NCBI GenBank assembly: GCA_038087875.1
Contig: JAXLNO010000680.1
Location: forward strand, 1-64,000
Direction: 5' to 3'
DNA length: 64,000 bases
Source of the DNA: Malacoraja senta
Taxonomy: Eukaryota
Shown here: positions 13,206 to 25,310 of the stretch, one piece after another
Layout: every line of letters starts with the position of its first letter
Numbering within the stretch: the first letter of the stretch is position 1
Notes under the pieces: generated by a model
The model's input: only the letters and a program-made list of their open reading frames with translations
Told to the model about the DNA's origin: nothing
The model's database searches: none
Position numbers and translations under genes: made by a program

Positions 13206-13767
13206 GAAACCACCATCCGCAGTTCCTTCCCACACAACGTCTTGTTCCATTTTCAGCTTTGCCAACACGGTTGCCCTGCAAACCTAGGTTTGTGAAGAAA
13301 TGCAAATTCCCTGTTGTGTTCAACTAACCCATGCCGTGCTGGACAGGAGTGTGGAGTATTGTGCAGGAGGATGGCGTATATCGTAATTCGTCTCAAGCGG
13401 TGGGGAATTGGAATCTATCTCCATCTCGAGCTACCCACCTCATCAAGCTGTGGCGTTGCAAAAGAAGGTGGATAAATGTGTTGAAAAACAAGCTGAGAGT
13501 TAGATCTGCCTGTCTAAGATACAACTAGTTAGACGAGGAACACCCCAGCAGTATGAATATCGATTTCTCCAACTTAGTTCTTAAAAAAGTAACCCTTACT
13601 TTCCCGCTCTCTCCATCCCTCCCCCCATCATAGTTCTACAACCAGTCTGACCGTCACCCTGGTTAAAAGTAGTAAACACTGCCCAGTCCATCATCGGCTA
13701 TGACCTCCCTTCCATCGAGGGGATCTACCACAGTCGCTGCCAACCAGTCTGACCGTCACCCTGGTTA

Positions 13768-14193
13768 AAAGTAGTAAACACTGCCCAGTCCATCATCGGC
13801 TATGACCTCCCTTCCATCGAGGGGATCTACCACAGTCGCTGCCTCAAAAAGGCTGGCAGTATCATCAAGGACCCACACCATCCTGGCCACACACTCATCT
13901 CCCCGCTACCTTCAGGTAGAAGGTACAGGAGCCTGAAGACTGCAACGACCAGGTTCAGGAACAGCTACTTCCCCACAGCCATCAGGCTATTAAACCTGGC
14001 TCGGACATAACACTGAACTTTATTAGCCAATACTGTTATTTGCACTTTATCAGTATATTGACCATTGTGTATATATTTATAGAATGCCTTGTAGTAAATG
14101 CCTACTATGTTCTGTTGTGCTCAAGCAAAGCAAGAATTTCATTGTCCTACCAGGGACACATGACAATAAACTCACTTGACTTGACTTGACTTG
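13768..14193 (+). mobile_element. Rex1/Babar-type LINE 3' fragment
   Basis: Near-identical to 3100-3637, with (CTTGA)n tail. Confidence 0.85.
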
Positions 14194-14261
14194 TCACCTT
14201 CTCCTCGCTAGCAATGATCTGTTCGACATTTTCCTTCACCTGCATCTCTTATGATCTCTTA

Positions 14262-14468
14262 TGGGCCTGTCCCACTTAGGCGACTCTTTAGGAGACTGCC
14301 AGGGACTAGTTTTAATGGAATTCACCTACGACACCTGGCGACAACCTACGTCAACCTGCGACAACCTAACGTCAGCAAAAATTGTCACCACTGTCGGCGA
14401 AAAAATTTCAACAGGTTGGAAATTTTTGCGGCAGTCGCCCAAAAAATTGCCTAAGAGGGACAGGCCCA
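14262..14468. mobile_element. PIF/Harbinger (Tourist-like) MITE, TTA TSD
   Basis: TTA|TGGGCCTGTCCCACTTAGG ... CCTAAGAGGGACAGGCCCA|TTA. Confidence 0.85.
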
Positions 14469-15325
14469 TTACACTTCCATGCCTCTGTGTCTCCCTCTCC
14501 CCTGACGTTCAGTCTGAAGAAGGGTCTCGACCTGAAACATCGCCCATTCCTTCTCTCCAGAGATGCTGCCTGTCCCGCTGAGTTACTCCAGCGCCCGCCG
14601 AAGGTTTTAACATCGGGAGCCCCAGTTCGCCTTGACGTTGCAGTTGGACTGCTGGACCGCGGGAGAAGAACAAGGGGAAGAGATAAGACTTTTGCCTTCC
14701 ATCACAGTGAGGAGGTGTTAGAGATTCACTGTGATGGATGTTTGTGTAAACTGTGTTAAGTGGGGGTCTTGGTTTTTTTTGTAATGTAAGACTGTTGAAA
14801 ATGCAATTTCGTTCAAACCAAGGCATTCTATTCTATTCTATTCTCTGGTAGGATGGTTCAGTTGCCTGATAACAGCTGGGGGAAGAAACTGTCCCTGAAT
14901 CTGGAGGTGTGCGTTTTCACACTTCTGTACCTCTTGCCCGATGGGAGAGGGGAGAAGAGGGAGTGGCCGGGGTGCGACTGGTCCTTGATTATGCTGCTGG
15001 CCTTGCCGAGGCAGCGTGAGGTGTAGATGGAGTCAATGGAAGGGAGGTTGGTTTGTGTGATGGTCTGGGCTGCGTCCACAACTCTCTGCCATTTCTTGCG
15101 GTCCTGGATGGAGCTGTTCCCAAACCAAGCCTGATAAAATATTTTCTCCGGTCAAAGATGGAGTGGAATCGCCTTGGTAATAACCGGCGTGGCAATTTTG
15201 GCCGTGATACCCAGTACCCAAATCATTTACATTCTCTGAACATAAAGTGTCTAGACAAGCTGGTATGGATTCCCATGCCTAATTACTGTTGAGATGTTGG
15301 TGAGGTCCTTTATTCATCCATTGCT

Positions 15326-15635
15326 GTTTAGTTTAGTTTAGTTTAGAGATACAACACGGAAACGGGCCCTTCGGCCCACCGAGTCCGCGACGACCAGCGA
15401 TCCCCGCACACTAACACAATCCTACACACACTAGGGACAATTTTACATTTACACCAAGGGATTTAACCTACAAACCTGCACGTCTTTGGAGCGTGGGAGG
15501 AAACCGGAGCACCCGGAGAAAACCTACGTGGTCACGGGGAGAACGTGCAAACTCCGTACAGACAGCACCCGTGGACAGGATGGAACCCGGGTCTTTGGCG
15601 CTGTGCGGCAGCAACTCTACCGCTGCGCCACCGTG
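15326..15635 (-). mobile_element. tRNA-derived V-SINE (HE1-like)
   Basis: Full-length copy with (CTAAA)n tail. Confidence 0.85.
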
Positions 15636-15664
15636 TCACCCATATTGCTACACAAAATTGAGAC

Positions 15665-16230
15665 TGTGGAAGTAACTGCAGATGCTGGTTTACACCGAAG
15701 ATAGACACAATGTGCTGGAGTAACTCAGCGGGTCAGGCAGCAGCATCTCTGGAGAGAAGGAATGGGCGACGTTTTGGGTTGAGACCCTTCTTCAGACTGA
15801 GAGTCAGGGGAGAGGGTGACACAGAGATAAGGAAGGGCAAGGTGTGAAAACGAGACATCAAAAGAGATGGGGTTCAAGGAAAATGTAGAATAGGTCATTG
15901 TTGGCTGGGAGAAGGTGACAACAGAGCAAAGAGATAAAATCTAATCAGGAGGACAGTAAGACTGGTCGGAGAACTGGGAAGGGGGAGGGGATGGAGAGAG
16001 AGGGAAAGCAAGGGTTACTTGAAGTTAGAGAAGTCAATGTTCATACCGCTGGGGTGTAAGCTGCCCAAGTGAAATATGAGATGCTCTTCCCCCAATTAGC
16101 GTTGGGCCTCACTCTGACAGTGGAGGAGGCCCAGGACAGAAAGGTCAGTGTGGGAATGGGAGGGGGATTAAAGTGTTTGGCAACCGGGAGATCAGGTAGG
16201 TTTAGGCGGACTGAGCGGAGGTGTTCGGCG
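15665..16230 (-). mobile_element. Penelope-like element 3' fragment with terminal repeat and hammerhead-like motif
   Basis: Same GIY-YIG tail and terminal repeat as at 35570 and 58458; motif copy at about 15768-15795. Confidence 0.8.
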
Positions 16231-16779
16231 AGTGCTTCCTCCTCTCACCAAATGGTTTGCTGTGGATCCCACGCTCAGAGTAACCGAGCTCCCCCTGACC
16301 AGGTCTCCTGAGCCACAAGTTATTTTGGGATAGTTCAGGCATAGAGGGGCAGAATGGCCTTCTTCATTCCTTGTGCTGCTACAATGGACAGGTCACTTTC
16401 ACAACTGAATGACCCGCACAGCCGAAAGGACACAGAGTGCTGGAGTAACTCAGCGGGTCAGGCAGCATCTCCGGAGAACATGGATAGGTGACGTTTCGGG
16501 TCGGGACCCTCCTTCAAACTGAGTGTAGAGTGGGGAGTGGAAAAAGACAAACTGGAATAGGGAAGAGGCAGGTTAATGTGGGAAGGCCAAACCACCATCT
16601 AGCACAGGATGCTGCCTGACCTGCTGGGTTTTATGTGCCTTTCCTTGCCAAACCAGTGTCCGCAGTTCCTTGATCAGTCCGAAGAAGGGTCTCGACCCGA
16701 AACGTCACCCATGCCTTCATTCCAGAGATGCTGCCTGTCCCGCTGAGTTACTCCAGCATTTTGGGTTTTCGCTTAATAT

Positions 16780-17570
16780 AGTATAATATAGATAAATGTG
16801 AGGTTATCCACTTTGGTGGCAAAAACAAGGGGGCAGATTATTATCTCAATGGGGTTAGGTTAGGTAAGGGGGAGGTACTGAAAGTTGGCGTGCAGGTACA
16901 GCAGGCAGTGAAGAAAGCTAATGGAATGTTGGCCTTCATAACAAGAGGATTTCAGTATAGGAGTAAAGAGGTTCTTCTGCAGTTGTATAGGGCTCTGGTA
17001 AGACCACATCTGGAGTATTGTGTACAGATTTGGTCTCCTAATTTGAGGAAGAACATCCTTGTGATTGAGGCAGTGCAGCGTAGGTTCACAATATTGATCC
17101 CTGGGATGGCGGGACTGTCATATGGGGAAAGGATGAAGAGACTAGGCTTGTATTCACTGGAGTTTAGAAGGACGAGGGGGGATCTTATAGATGCATATAA
17201 AATTATAAAAGGACTGGACAAGCTAGATGCAGGAAAAATGTTCCCAATGTTGGGCGAGTCCAGAACCAGGGGCCACAGTCTTAGAATAAAGGGGAGGCCA
17301 TTTAAGACTGAGGTGAGAAATACTTTTTCACCCAGAGAGTTGTGAATCTGTGGAATTCCCTGCCACAGAGGGCAGTGGAGGCCAAATCACTGGATGTATT
17401 TAAGAGAGAGTTATAGAGCTCCAGGGGCTAGTGGAGTCAAGGGATATGGGGAGAAGGCAGGCACGGGTTACTGATTGGGGACGATCAGCCATGATCACCA
17501 TAAATGGCGGTGCTGGCTCGAAGGGCCGAATGGCCTCCTCCTGCACCTATTTTCCATGTTTCTACGTTTA
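16780..17570 (+). mobile_element. CR1-clade LINE 3' fragment
   Basis: AVKKANGMLAFI...LYRALVRPHLEYCVQIWSP...VQRRFT. Confidence 0.9.
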
Positions 17571-17606
17571 ACTTATGGACTGGGTGATAAGAAGCAGTGC
17601 TCCCGG

Positions 17607-17625
17607 TGACCAGCAGATGGCGGTA
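17607..17625 (+). promoter_or_regulatory. Candidate CTCF site
   Basis: TGACCAGCAGATGGCGGTA fits the CCASYAGRKGGCR core; lies in a short non-repeat island. Confidence 0.5.
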
Positions 17626-18059
17626 CCTTGAGCCCCTGAACTCCTCAATATCTCAATCAATTCAATCAGTCTGAAGAAGGGTCTCGACCTGAAACGTCAC
17701 CCATTACTCCTCACCAGAGATAGAAACATAGACAATAGGTGCAGGAGTAGGCCATTCAGCCCTTCGAGCCAGCACCGCCATTCAATATGATCATGGCTGA
17801 TCATCCACAATCAGTTCCCCGTTCCTGCCTTCTCCCCATATCCCTTGATTCCGTTAGCCCGAAGAGCTAAATCTAACTCTCTCTTTTTTCCTGCATCTAG
17901 CCCGTCCGATTCCTTAAGAATGTTTCTATAAGATCTATAAGTTTCTATAAGATGCTGCCTGTCCCGCTGAGTTAGTCCAGCCATTATGTGTCTGTCTCCA
18001 GAAATGCTGCCTGTCCCGCTGAGTTACTCCAGCCATTTTGTGTCTGTCTGTGGCGGGTC

Positions 18060-18378
18060 TTAGTTTAGTTCAGAGATACGCACGGAAACAGGTCCTTCGG
18101 CCCACCAGGTCCGCACCGACCAGCGATCCCCACACACTAACACTACCCTGCACCAAGCCGGGACAATTTTTACATTTACCAATTCAATTAACGTACAAAC
18201 CTGCACGTCTTTGGAGTGTGGGAGGAACCCGAAGATCTCGGAGAAAACCCACGAGGTCACGGGGAGAACGTGCAAACTCCGTACAGATAGCACCCGCGGT
18301 CGGGATCGAACCCGGGTCCCCGGCGCCGCATTCGCTGTAAGGCAGCAACTCTACCGCTGGGCCACCGTTACCGCCCAC
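18060..18378 (-). mobile_element. tRNA-derived V-SINE (HE1-like), about 30 bp downstream of the exon 17 donor
   Basis: B box GGTTCGATCCC, V-domain and tail. Confidence 0.85.
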
Positions 18379-18408
18379 AGTATGGGAGCGCTGGCGTCCA
18401 CCACCTAC

Positions 18409-18626
18409 CTATTGATGATGCCTTTGATCTGGCCGTCCTTTTCCTCCTGTTGCCGGCGGAGACGGGTCTCGCTCTCGTCCAGACGGGACTGGTATTCCCG
18501 CAGGATCTTCCCCGTCTGCTCCTCCTGCGACATCAGCCGCCGCTCGTACTCCTCCAGCTTTCGGTTGGACATCTGCAGCCGCTCCTTCAGGGAGAGTATC
18601 TCCTCCTCGTACTGAGTCTGTTGCCC
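18409..18626 (-). CDS. SYNGAP1: SynGAP coiled-coil exon (exon 17 equivalent), 218 bp from the most upstream acceptor
   Basis: [72 protein letters not shown](R). Acceptor ccatgcAG, donor AG|GTAGGT. Confidence 0.94.
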
Positions 18627-18734
18627 CTGCATGGATACGGGGGAGGCAGGGGAGACCGATTACACGTAACCAGAGTATGTACCGATCCGCGGGGGCTGCC
18701 CACCATCGCCCCGGACCCAATAACCACCCTCACC

Positions 18735-19250
18735 TAGGGTTGCCCACAGTCCCGTATTAGCCGGGACATCCCGTACATTGGGCTCAATTGGTACGGGACC
18801 GCCATTGTCCCGTATTTGACCGCTGCTACTCGGGTCGAGAGGACTGTCGGGTCGGAGCGCCGCGTCCGGCCCCGCTTCACCCGTCCCGACGTAGTGAAGC
18901 CCATGGAGTGCAGCAGCAGCAGCGCCTCACCCGTGGCCCCGTCGGTCGGCAGCCCGGGCCAGCTGTCCGACCTTCGGACCTTCGCTTACCGCCGACACCA
19001 CCACCCCTCCTTCTCATGGCCGATCGTCGGTTCATGAGTTGGATGGGGTGCCGGACTTTGTCCGCGGCCCCCGGGGCCAAAACTCCTCAGCTGGCCCCGC
19101 CGGCTGGGCTTTGTGTGTAGTCCAGCACCCGGGGCCAACTCATCATTCACCCAGACACGGCCCAGTCGCTCAACGAATTGCCGTCCGGGAATTTGTCCCG
19201 TATTTTGACCTTTTGTCCCTTATTTGGGAGTGAGGAACTTGGCGACCCTA
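18735..19250. mobile_element. Probable non-autonomous DNA transposon (hAT-like TIRs), CpG-rich
   Basis: TAGGGTTGCC ... GGCGACCCTA with repeated subterminal GTCCCGTATT / GGGAC motifs; no clear TSD. Confidence 0.6.
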
Positions 19251-19404
19251 ATCACAGCCCAGTCAGTAATTTAACGTGGTTTACTATCATTAATTGGGCG
19301 GCACAGTGGGGCCCGTTAGTCCGCACGCAAGCACGTGAACCGAGGACCAGAGGACACACAGGTTCAAGGTGAAGGGGGAAAGATTTAATAGGAATCTGAA
19401 ACGT

Positions 19405-20380
19405 AGAAACATAGAAACATAGAAATTAGGTGCAGGAGTAGGCCATTCGGCCCTTCAAGCCTGCACCGCCATTCAATATGATCATGGCTGATCATCCAAC
19501 TCAGTATCCCGTACCTGCCTTCTCTCCATACCCCCTGATCCCTTTAGCCACAAGGGCCACATCTAACTCCCTCTTAATATAGCCAATGAACTGGCCTCAA
19601 CTACCCTCTGTGGCAGAGAGTTCCAGAGATTCACCACTCACTGTGTGAAAAAAGTTCTTCTCATCTCGGTTTTAAAGATTTCCCCCTTATCCTTAAGCTG
19701 TGACCCCTTGTCCTGGACTTCCCCAACATCGGGAACAATCTTCCTGCATCTAGACTGTCCAACCCCTTAAGAATTTTGTAAGTTTCTATAAGATCCCCTC
19801 TCAATCTCCTAAATTCTAGAGAGAATAAACCAAGTCTATCCAGTCTTTCTTCATAAGACAGTCCTGACATCCCAGGAATCAGTCTGGTGAACCTTCTCTG
19901 CACTCCCTCGATGGCAATAATGTCCTTCCTCAGATTTGGAGACCAAAACTGTACGCAATACTCCAGGTGTGGTCTCACCAAGACCCTGTACAACTGCAGT
20001 AGAACCACCCTGCTCCTATACTCAAATCCTTTTGCTATGAGAGCTAACATACCATTCGCTTTCTTCACTGCCTGCTGCACCTGCATGCCTACTTTCAATG
20101 ACTGATGCACCATGACACCCAGGTCTCACTGCATCTCCCCTTTTCCTAGTCGGCCACCATTTAGATAATAGTCTGCCTTCCCGTTTTTGCCACCAAAATG
20201 GATAACCTCACATTTATCCACATTATACTGCATCTGCCAAACATTTGCCCACTCACCCAGCCTATCCAAGTCACCTTGCAGTCTCCTAGCATCCTCCTCA
20301 CAGCTAACACTGCCCCCCAGCTTAGTGTCATCCGCAAACTTAGAGATATTGCCTTCAATTCCCTCATCCAGATCATTAAT
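19405..20380 (-). mobile_element. CR1-clade LINE 3' fragment, about 1 kb
   Basis: RT core SKFADDTKL through LVRPHLEYCVQFWSP to a (CTATGTTT)n tail. Confidence 0.9.
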
Positions 20381-21699
20381 ATGTTCTTAAGGGGTAACAT
20401 TTTCCTTTTTCGCACAAAAGGGTGGTGGCTAGCACAGAAAATAGGTGCAGCAGTAGGCCATTCGGCCCTTCAAACCAGCATCGCCATTCAATATGATTGT
20501 GGCCGATCATCCACAATCAGTACCCCGTTCCTGCTTTTTTTCCCCATATCCCTTGATTGCGTTAATCTGGCGAGCTCTATCTAACTCTCTCTTGAAAACA
20601 TCCAGTAAATTGGCCTCCACTGCCTTCTGTGGCAGAGAGTTCCAGGTATCCATTAGCCATGGAGCGGTATTTATTATCCCAGGCACAAGTGGGTGAATCG
20701 AGGACCAGAGGACATAGGTTTAAGGTGAAAGGGGGAAAGATTCAATAGGAGTCTGGTGGGTGTATGGGACAAGCTGCCAGAGGAGGTAGTTGAGGCTGGG
20801 ACTATCCCAACGTTTAAGAAACAGTTAGACAGGTACATGGATAGGACAGGTTTGGAGGGATATGGATCAAATGTTGGCAGGTGGGACTAGTGTAGATGGG
20901 ACATGTTGGCCGGTGTGGGCAAGTTCGGCCAATGGGCCTGTTTCCATGCTGTATCACTCTACGACTCCAAGTTACCTGAATCCGCGATTAGATTCCAACC
21001 TAATGCATCCCTTGGTATAAGTTCACAAGTTCATAAGTGATAGGAGCAGAATCGGGCCATTCGGCCCATCAAGTCTACTCCGCCATTCAATCATGACTGA
21101 TCTATCTCTCCCTCCTAACTCCATTCTCCTGCCTTCTCCCCATAACCTCTGACACCCGTACTAATCAATAATCTATCTATCTCTGCCTTAGAAATATCCA
21201 CTGACTTGGCCTCCACAGCCGTCTGTGGCAAAGAATCCCACAGATTCACCACTCTCTGGGTCTGGTTACCTGACTATTGGTATTGAATGGTCTCTCTGTA
21301 AACCCACCCAACCCTCCACCTCTATAACCCTCCATAAGTCCCTGCCTGTAACTCATTCCTGAGTATCCTTATTATGCATACAAACAATGAACCCATTAAC
21401 TCTCTCCATTAAAAAAAACGAAATCCCTAGATTAGTGGGGCAGCACGGTGTCACAGCGGTAGAGTTGCTGCCTCACGGTGCCAGAGACCCGGGTTCCATC
21501 CTGACCACGGGTGCTGTCTGTACGGAGTTTGCACGTTCTTCCCGTGACCTGCGTGGGTTTTCTCCGAGATCTTCGGTTTCCTCCCACACTCCTAAGACGT
21601 GCAGGTTTTCAGGTTAATTGGCTCGGTATAAATATAAATTGTCCCTAGTGTGTGTAGGGTAGTGTTGATGTGTGGGGATCGCTAGTCAACGCGGACTAA

Positions 21700-22300
21700 A
21701 TAGGGATGTAACGCTGAGGCTCTATAAGGCGCTGGTCAGGACACATTTGGAATATTGAGAGCGATTTTGGGCCCCATATCTGAGGAAGGATGTGCTGGCT
21801 CTGAAGAGGGTCCAGAGGAGGTTTACGAGAATGATCCCAGGAATGAGTGGGTTAACCTATGATGAGCGTTTGTCGGCACTGGGCCTGTACTCGCTGGAGT
21901 TTAGAAGAACGAGGGGGGGGCCTCATTGAAACGTACGGAATAGTGAAAGGCCTGGATAGAGTGGATGTGGAGAGGATGTTTCCACTAGTGGGAGAGTCTA
22001 GGACCAGAGGTCACAGCCTCAGAATTAAAGGGTGTTCCTTAAGGAAGGAGATGAGGAGGAACTTTCTTTAGTCAGAGGGTGGTGAATCTGTGGAATTCTT
22101 GGCCACAGAAGGCTGTGGAGGCCAAGTCAGTGGATATTTTTAAGGCAGAGATAGATAGATTCTTGATTAGTACAGGTATCAAGGGGTTATGGGGAGAAGG
22201 CAGGAGAATGTGGTTAGGAGAGAGAGATCGATCAGCCATGATTTAATGGCGCTGACTTGATGGGCCGAATGGCCTAATTCTGCTCCTATCACTTATGATC
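21700..22300 (+). mobile_element. CR1-clade LINE 3' fragment
   Basis: LYKALVR...GLDRVDVERMFPLVGESRTRGHSL. Confidence 0.85.
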
Positions 22301-22419
22301 TCATTTCCCACTGCTCCCCTCCATTCCCTTCGCCCCCCTCTCCCCCCAATCTCTCCCTTGCCATCCACCCCTGATCAATAACCTCCTATTTCTTACCACT
22401 CACCTTCCATTACCCGTTT

Positions 22420-22717
22420 GGTTTAGTTTAGAGATACAGCGCAGAAACAGGCCCTTCGGCCCACCGGGTCCGCACCGACCAGCGATCCCCGCACATTGAC
22501 ACTATCCTACACACACTAGGGACAATTTACAATTATACCAACCCAATTCACCAACACACTTTGGAGTGTGGGAGGACACCGAAGATCTCGGAGAAAACCC
22601 ACGCTGGTCACGGGGAGGACGTGTAAACTCCGTACAGACAGCACCCGTAGTCAGGATCGAACCTGGGTTTCTGGCGCTGTGAGGCAGCAACTCTACCGCT
22701 GGGCCACCGTGCCGCCC
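22420..22717 (-). mobile_element. tRNA-derived V-SINE (HE1-like)
   Basis: Family match. Further copies at about 21437-21700(+), 24075-24365(-), 38900-39193(-), 40643-40931(-), 46405-46700(-), 47540-47850(-), 51088-51382(+), 63185-63475(-). Confidence 0.85.
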
Positions 22718-23445
22718 TTGTTTACGACAAATGGCCCCATGTCCCATTCAGACAACTCGCCACCCCTCCTTCACCTTACATCCCTTTTGCAATTGTTCTC
22801 CTCCCCATTAACCCAAACCCAATCATCCCGCTGGCAATGGCCTCCAATGGCCTCTTTATAGGATCTTATTGAAACATATAAGATTGTTAAGGGTTTGGGC
22901 ACGCTAGAGGCAGGAAACATGTTCCCGATGTGGGGGAGTCCAGAACCAGGGGCCACAGTTTAAGAATAAGGAGTAAGCCATTTTGAACGGAGATGAGGAA
23001 ACACTTTTTCACCCAGACAGTTGTGAGTCTGTGGGATTCTCTGACTCAGAGGGCGGTGGAGGCAGGTTCTCTGGATATTTTCAAGAGAGAGGTAGATAGG
23101 GCTCTTAAAAGATACCGGAGTCAGGGGATATGGGGTGAAGGCAGGAACGGGGTACTGATTGGGGATGATCAGCCATGATCACATCGAATGGCGGTGCTGT
23201 CTCGAAGGGCCGAATGGCCTCCTCCTGCACCTATTGTCTACTGATCCTCCTCACCCCCATTCTTTTCACTTTTCTCTCTCCTTTGCTCCCATTCTCTTCC
23301 CACCCAACAAACAACCTGGCCCACTGGTGACACAAACGCTCCAAATGCAACTAGTCTCCTGCACCCAGTGAGTGTTGAATCTGTGGCATTCTCTGCCACA
23401 GAAGGCAGTGAAAGCCAATTCATTGGATTTTTTAAGGGAGAGTTA

Positions 23446-23655
23446 AGGGCCTGTTCCACTTGGGCGTCATTTGCGCGTCATTTACGCGACATCATTTTCG
23501 CGCGTCGTGATGCACGCATGGCATGCATAACGCACGCATGGCATGCATTACGCACGCATGGTGCGTGGTGATGTAGGCAGTTATGCGCGGGATTCACAAA
23601 ATCTTTGTGCGCCATCTGCGTGACATTGAAACGACACCCAAGTGGGACAGGCCCT
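23446..23655. mobile_element. PIF/Harbinger MITE inserted in a CR1 copy, TTA TSD
   Basis: TTA|AGGGCCTGTTCCACTTGGG ... CCCAAGTGGGACAGGCCCT|TTA; removing it restores the CR1 sequence gagagttagattta. Confidence 0.9.
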
Positions 23656-24406
23656 TTAGATTTAACTCTTGCGGCTAACGGAATCAAGGGATATGGGAAG
23701 AAGGCAGGAACGGGGAACTAATTGGGGATGATCAGCCATGATCACATTGAATGGTGGTGCTGGCTCGAAGGGCCGAATGGCCAACTCCTGCACCTATTGT
23801 CTATGGTTCCATGCCTTGAGATGCTTGGCAGCTGTCTACATCTGTGCTGGGATAAAGGTGGATGTTCCAATAAGTCTCAGGCCTCACATTAATGTTTTAT
23901 TTAGCTTAGAGATACAGCGCAGAAACAGGCCTCTCGGCCCACGGAGTCAGCGCCGACCAGCGATCCCCCCACATTAACCCTACCCTAACACCGACCAGGG
24001 ACAAAGTTACAACTTCTAGACTTCATAGAGAAATTCTGCATTTGCTTTGGTTTAGTTTAGTTATAGTTGAGTCAGTTGCAGAGATACAGCGCGGAAACTG
24101 GCCCTTCGGCCCACCGGGTCCCCGTCGACTGGCGATCCCCGCAAATCCTCCACACACCAGGGACAATGTACATTTATGCCGAAGCCAATTAACCTACAAA
24201 CCTGCACGTCTTTGGAGTGTGGGAGGAAACCAGAGACTCGGAGAAAACCCACGCAGGTCACGGGGAGAACGCGCAAACGGGTACAGACAAGCACCCGTAG
24301 TCGGGATCGAACCCGGGTGTCTGGCGCTGTGAGACAGCGACTCTACTGCCGGGCCACCGCGCCACCCTGAATGGTTCAAGAATTCCCCAAACTTCCGAGT
24401 GCCTTA

Positions 24407-25220
24407 CGGACCTGTCCCACTTGGCGATTTTTAAGGCAACTGCCGGCGACTGTCTTAGTCGTAGCAGGTCGCCTAATTTGAGGAAGGACATTCTTGCTAT
24501 TGAGAGAGTGCAGCGTAGGTTTACAAGGTTAATTCCCGGGATGGCGGGACTGTCATATGCTGAGAGATGGAGCGGCTGGGCTTGTACTCTCTGGAGTTTA
24601 GAAGGATGAGAGGGAATCTTATTGAAACATATAAGATTATTAAGGGCTTGGACGCGCTAGAGGCAGGAAACATGTTCCCGATGTTGGGGGAGTCCAGAAC
24701 CAGGGGCCACAGTTTAAGAAAAAGGGGTAAACCATTTAGAACGGAGACGAGGAAACACGTTTTCTCACAGAGAGTGGTGAGTCGGTGGAATTCTCTGCCT
24801 CAGAGGGCGGTGGAGGCCAGTTCTGTGGATGCTTTCAAGAAAGAGCTAGATAGGGCTCTTAAAGATAACAGAGTCAGGGATATGGGGAGAAGGCAGGAAC
24901 GGGGTACTGTTTGGGGATGATCAGCCATGATCACATTGAATGGCGGTGCTGGCTCGAAGAGCCGAATGGCCTACTCCTGCACCTATTGTCTATTGTCTAT
25001 TAAGACCGGCGACAACCTACGTCATCCTGGCGACAACCTACGACAGCACCTACGTCAAACCCACTGTTGGTGAAAACATTTCAACATGTTGAAAATTTGG
25101 TGGCGGCCAGAAGTCGCTACGACTTTTTGTGCGACTGATGAGACGACTCACGGCGAACATATGGCGACAAACCAGTCGCCTGTCGTGGCCGAGAAACATT
25201 GCCTAAGTGGGACAGGCCCA
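24407..25220. mobile_element. PIF/Harbinger MITE interrupted by a CR1 fragment (about 24468-25001)
   Basis: TTA|CGGACCTGTCCCACTT ... AAGTGGGACAGGCCCA|TTA. Confidence 0.8.
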
Positions 25221-25271
25221 TTACTCCTGGAACCACCGACAACCCCTCGCCAACACGGTTCCCGTTTTCAC

Positions 25272-25310
25272 CTTGCTCTCGTCCATGGATTTGGAGTATT
25301 CCCGCAGTTT
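25272..25310 (-). pseudogene. Duplicated 39-bp remnant of the 3' end of SynGAP exon 16 with intact donor
   Basis: Identical to 27211-27249 ([13 protein letters not shown]), followed by the same GTGAAA donor and about 730 bp of the same intron. Confidence 0.9.
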
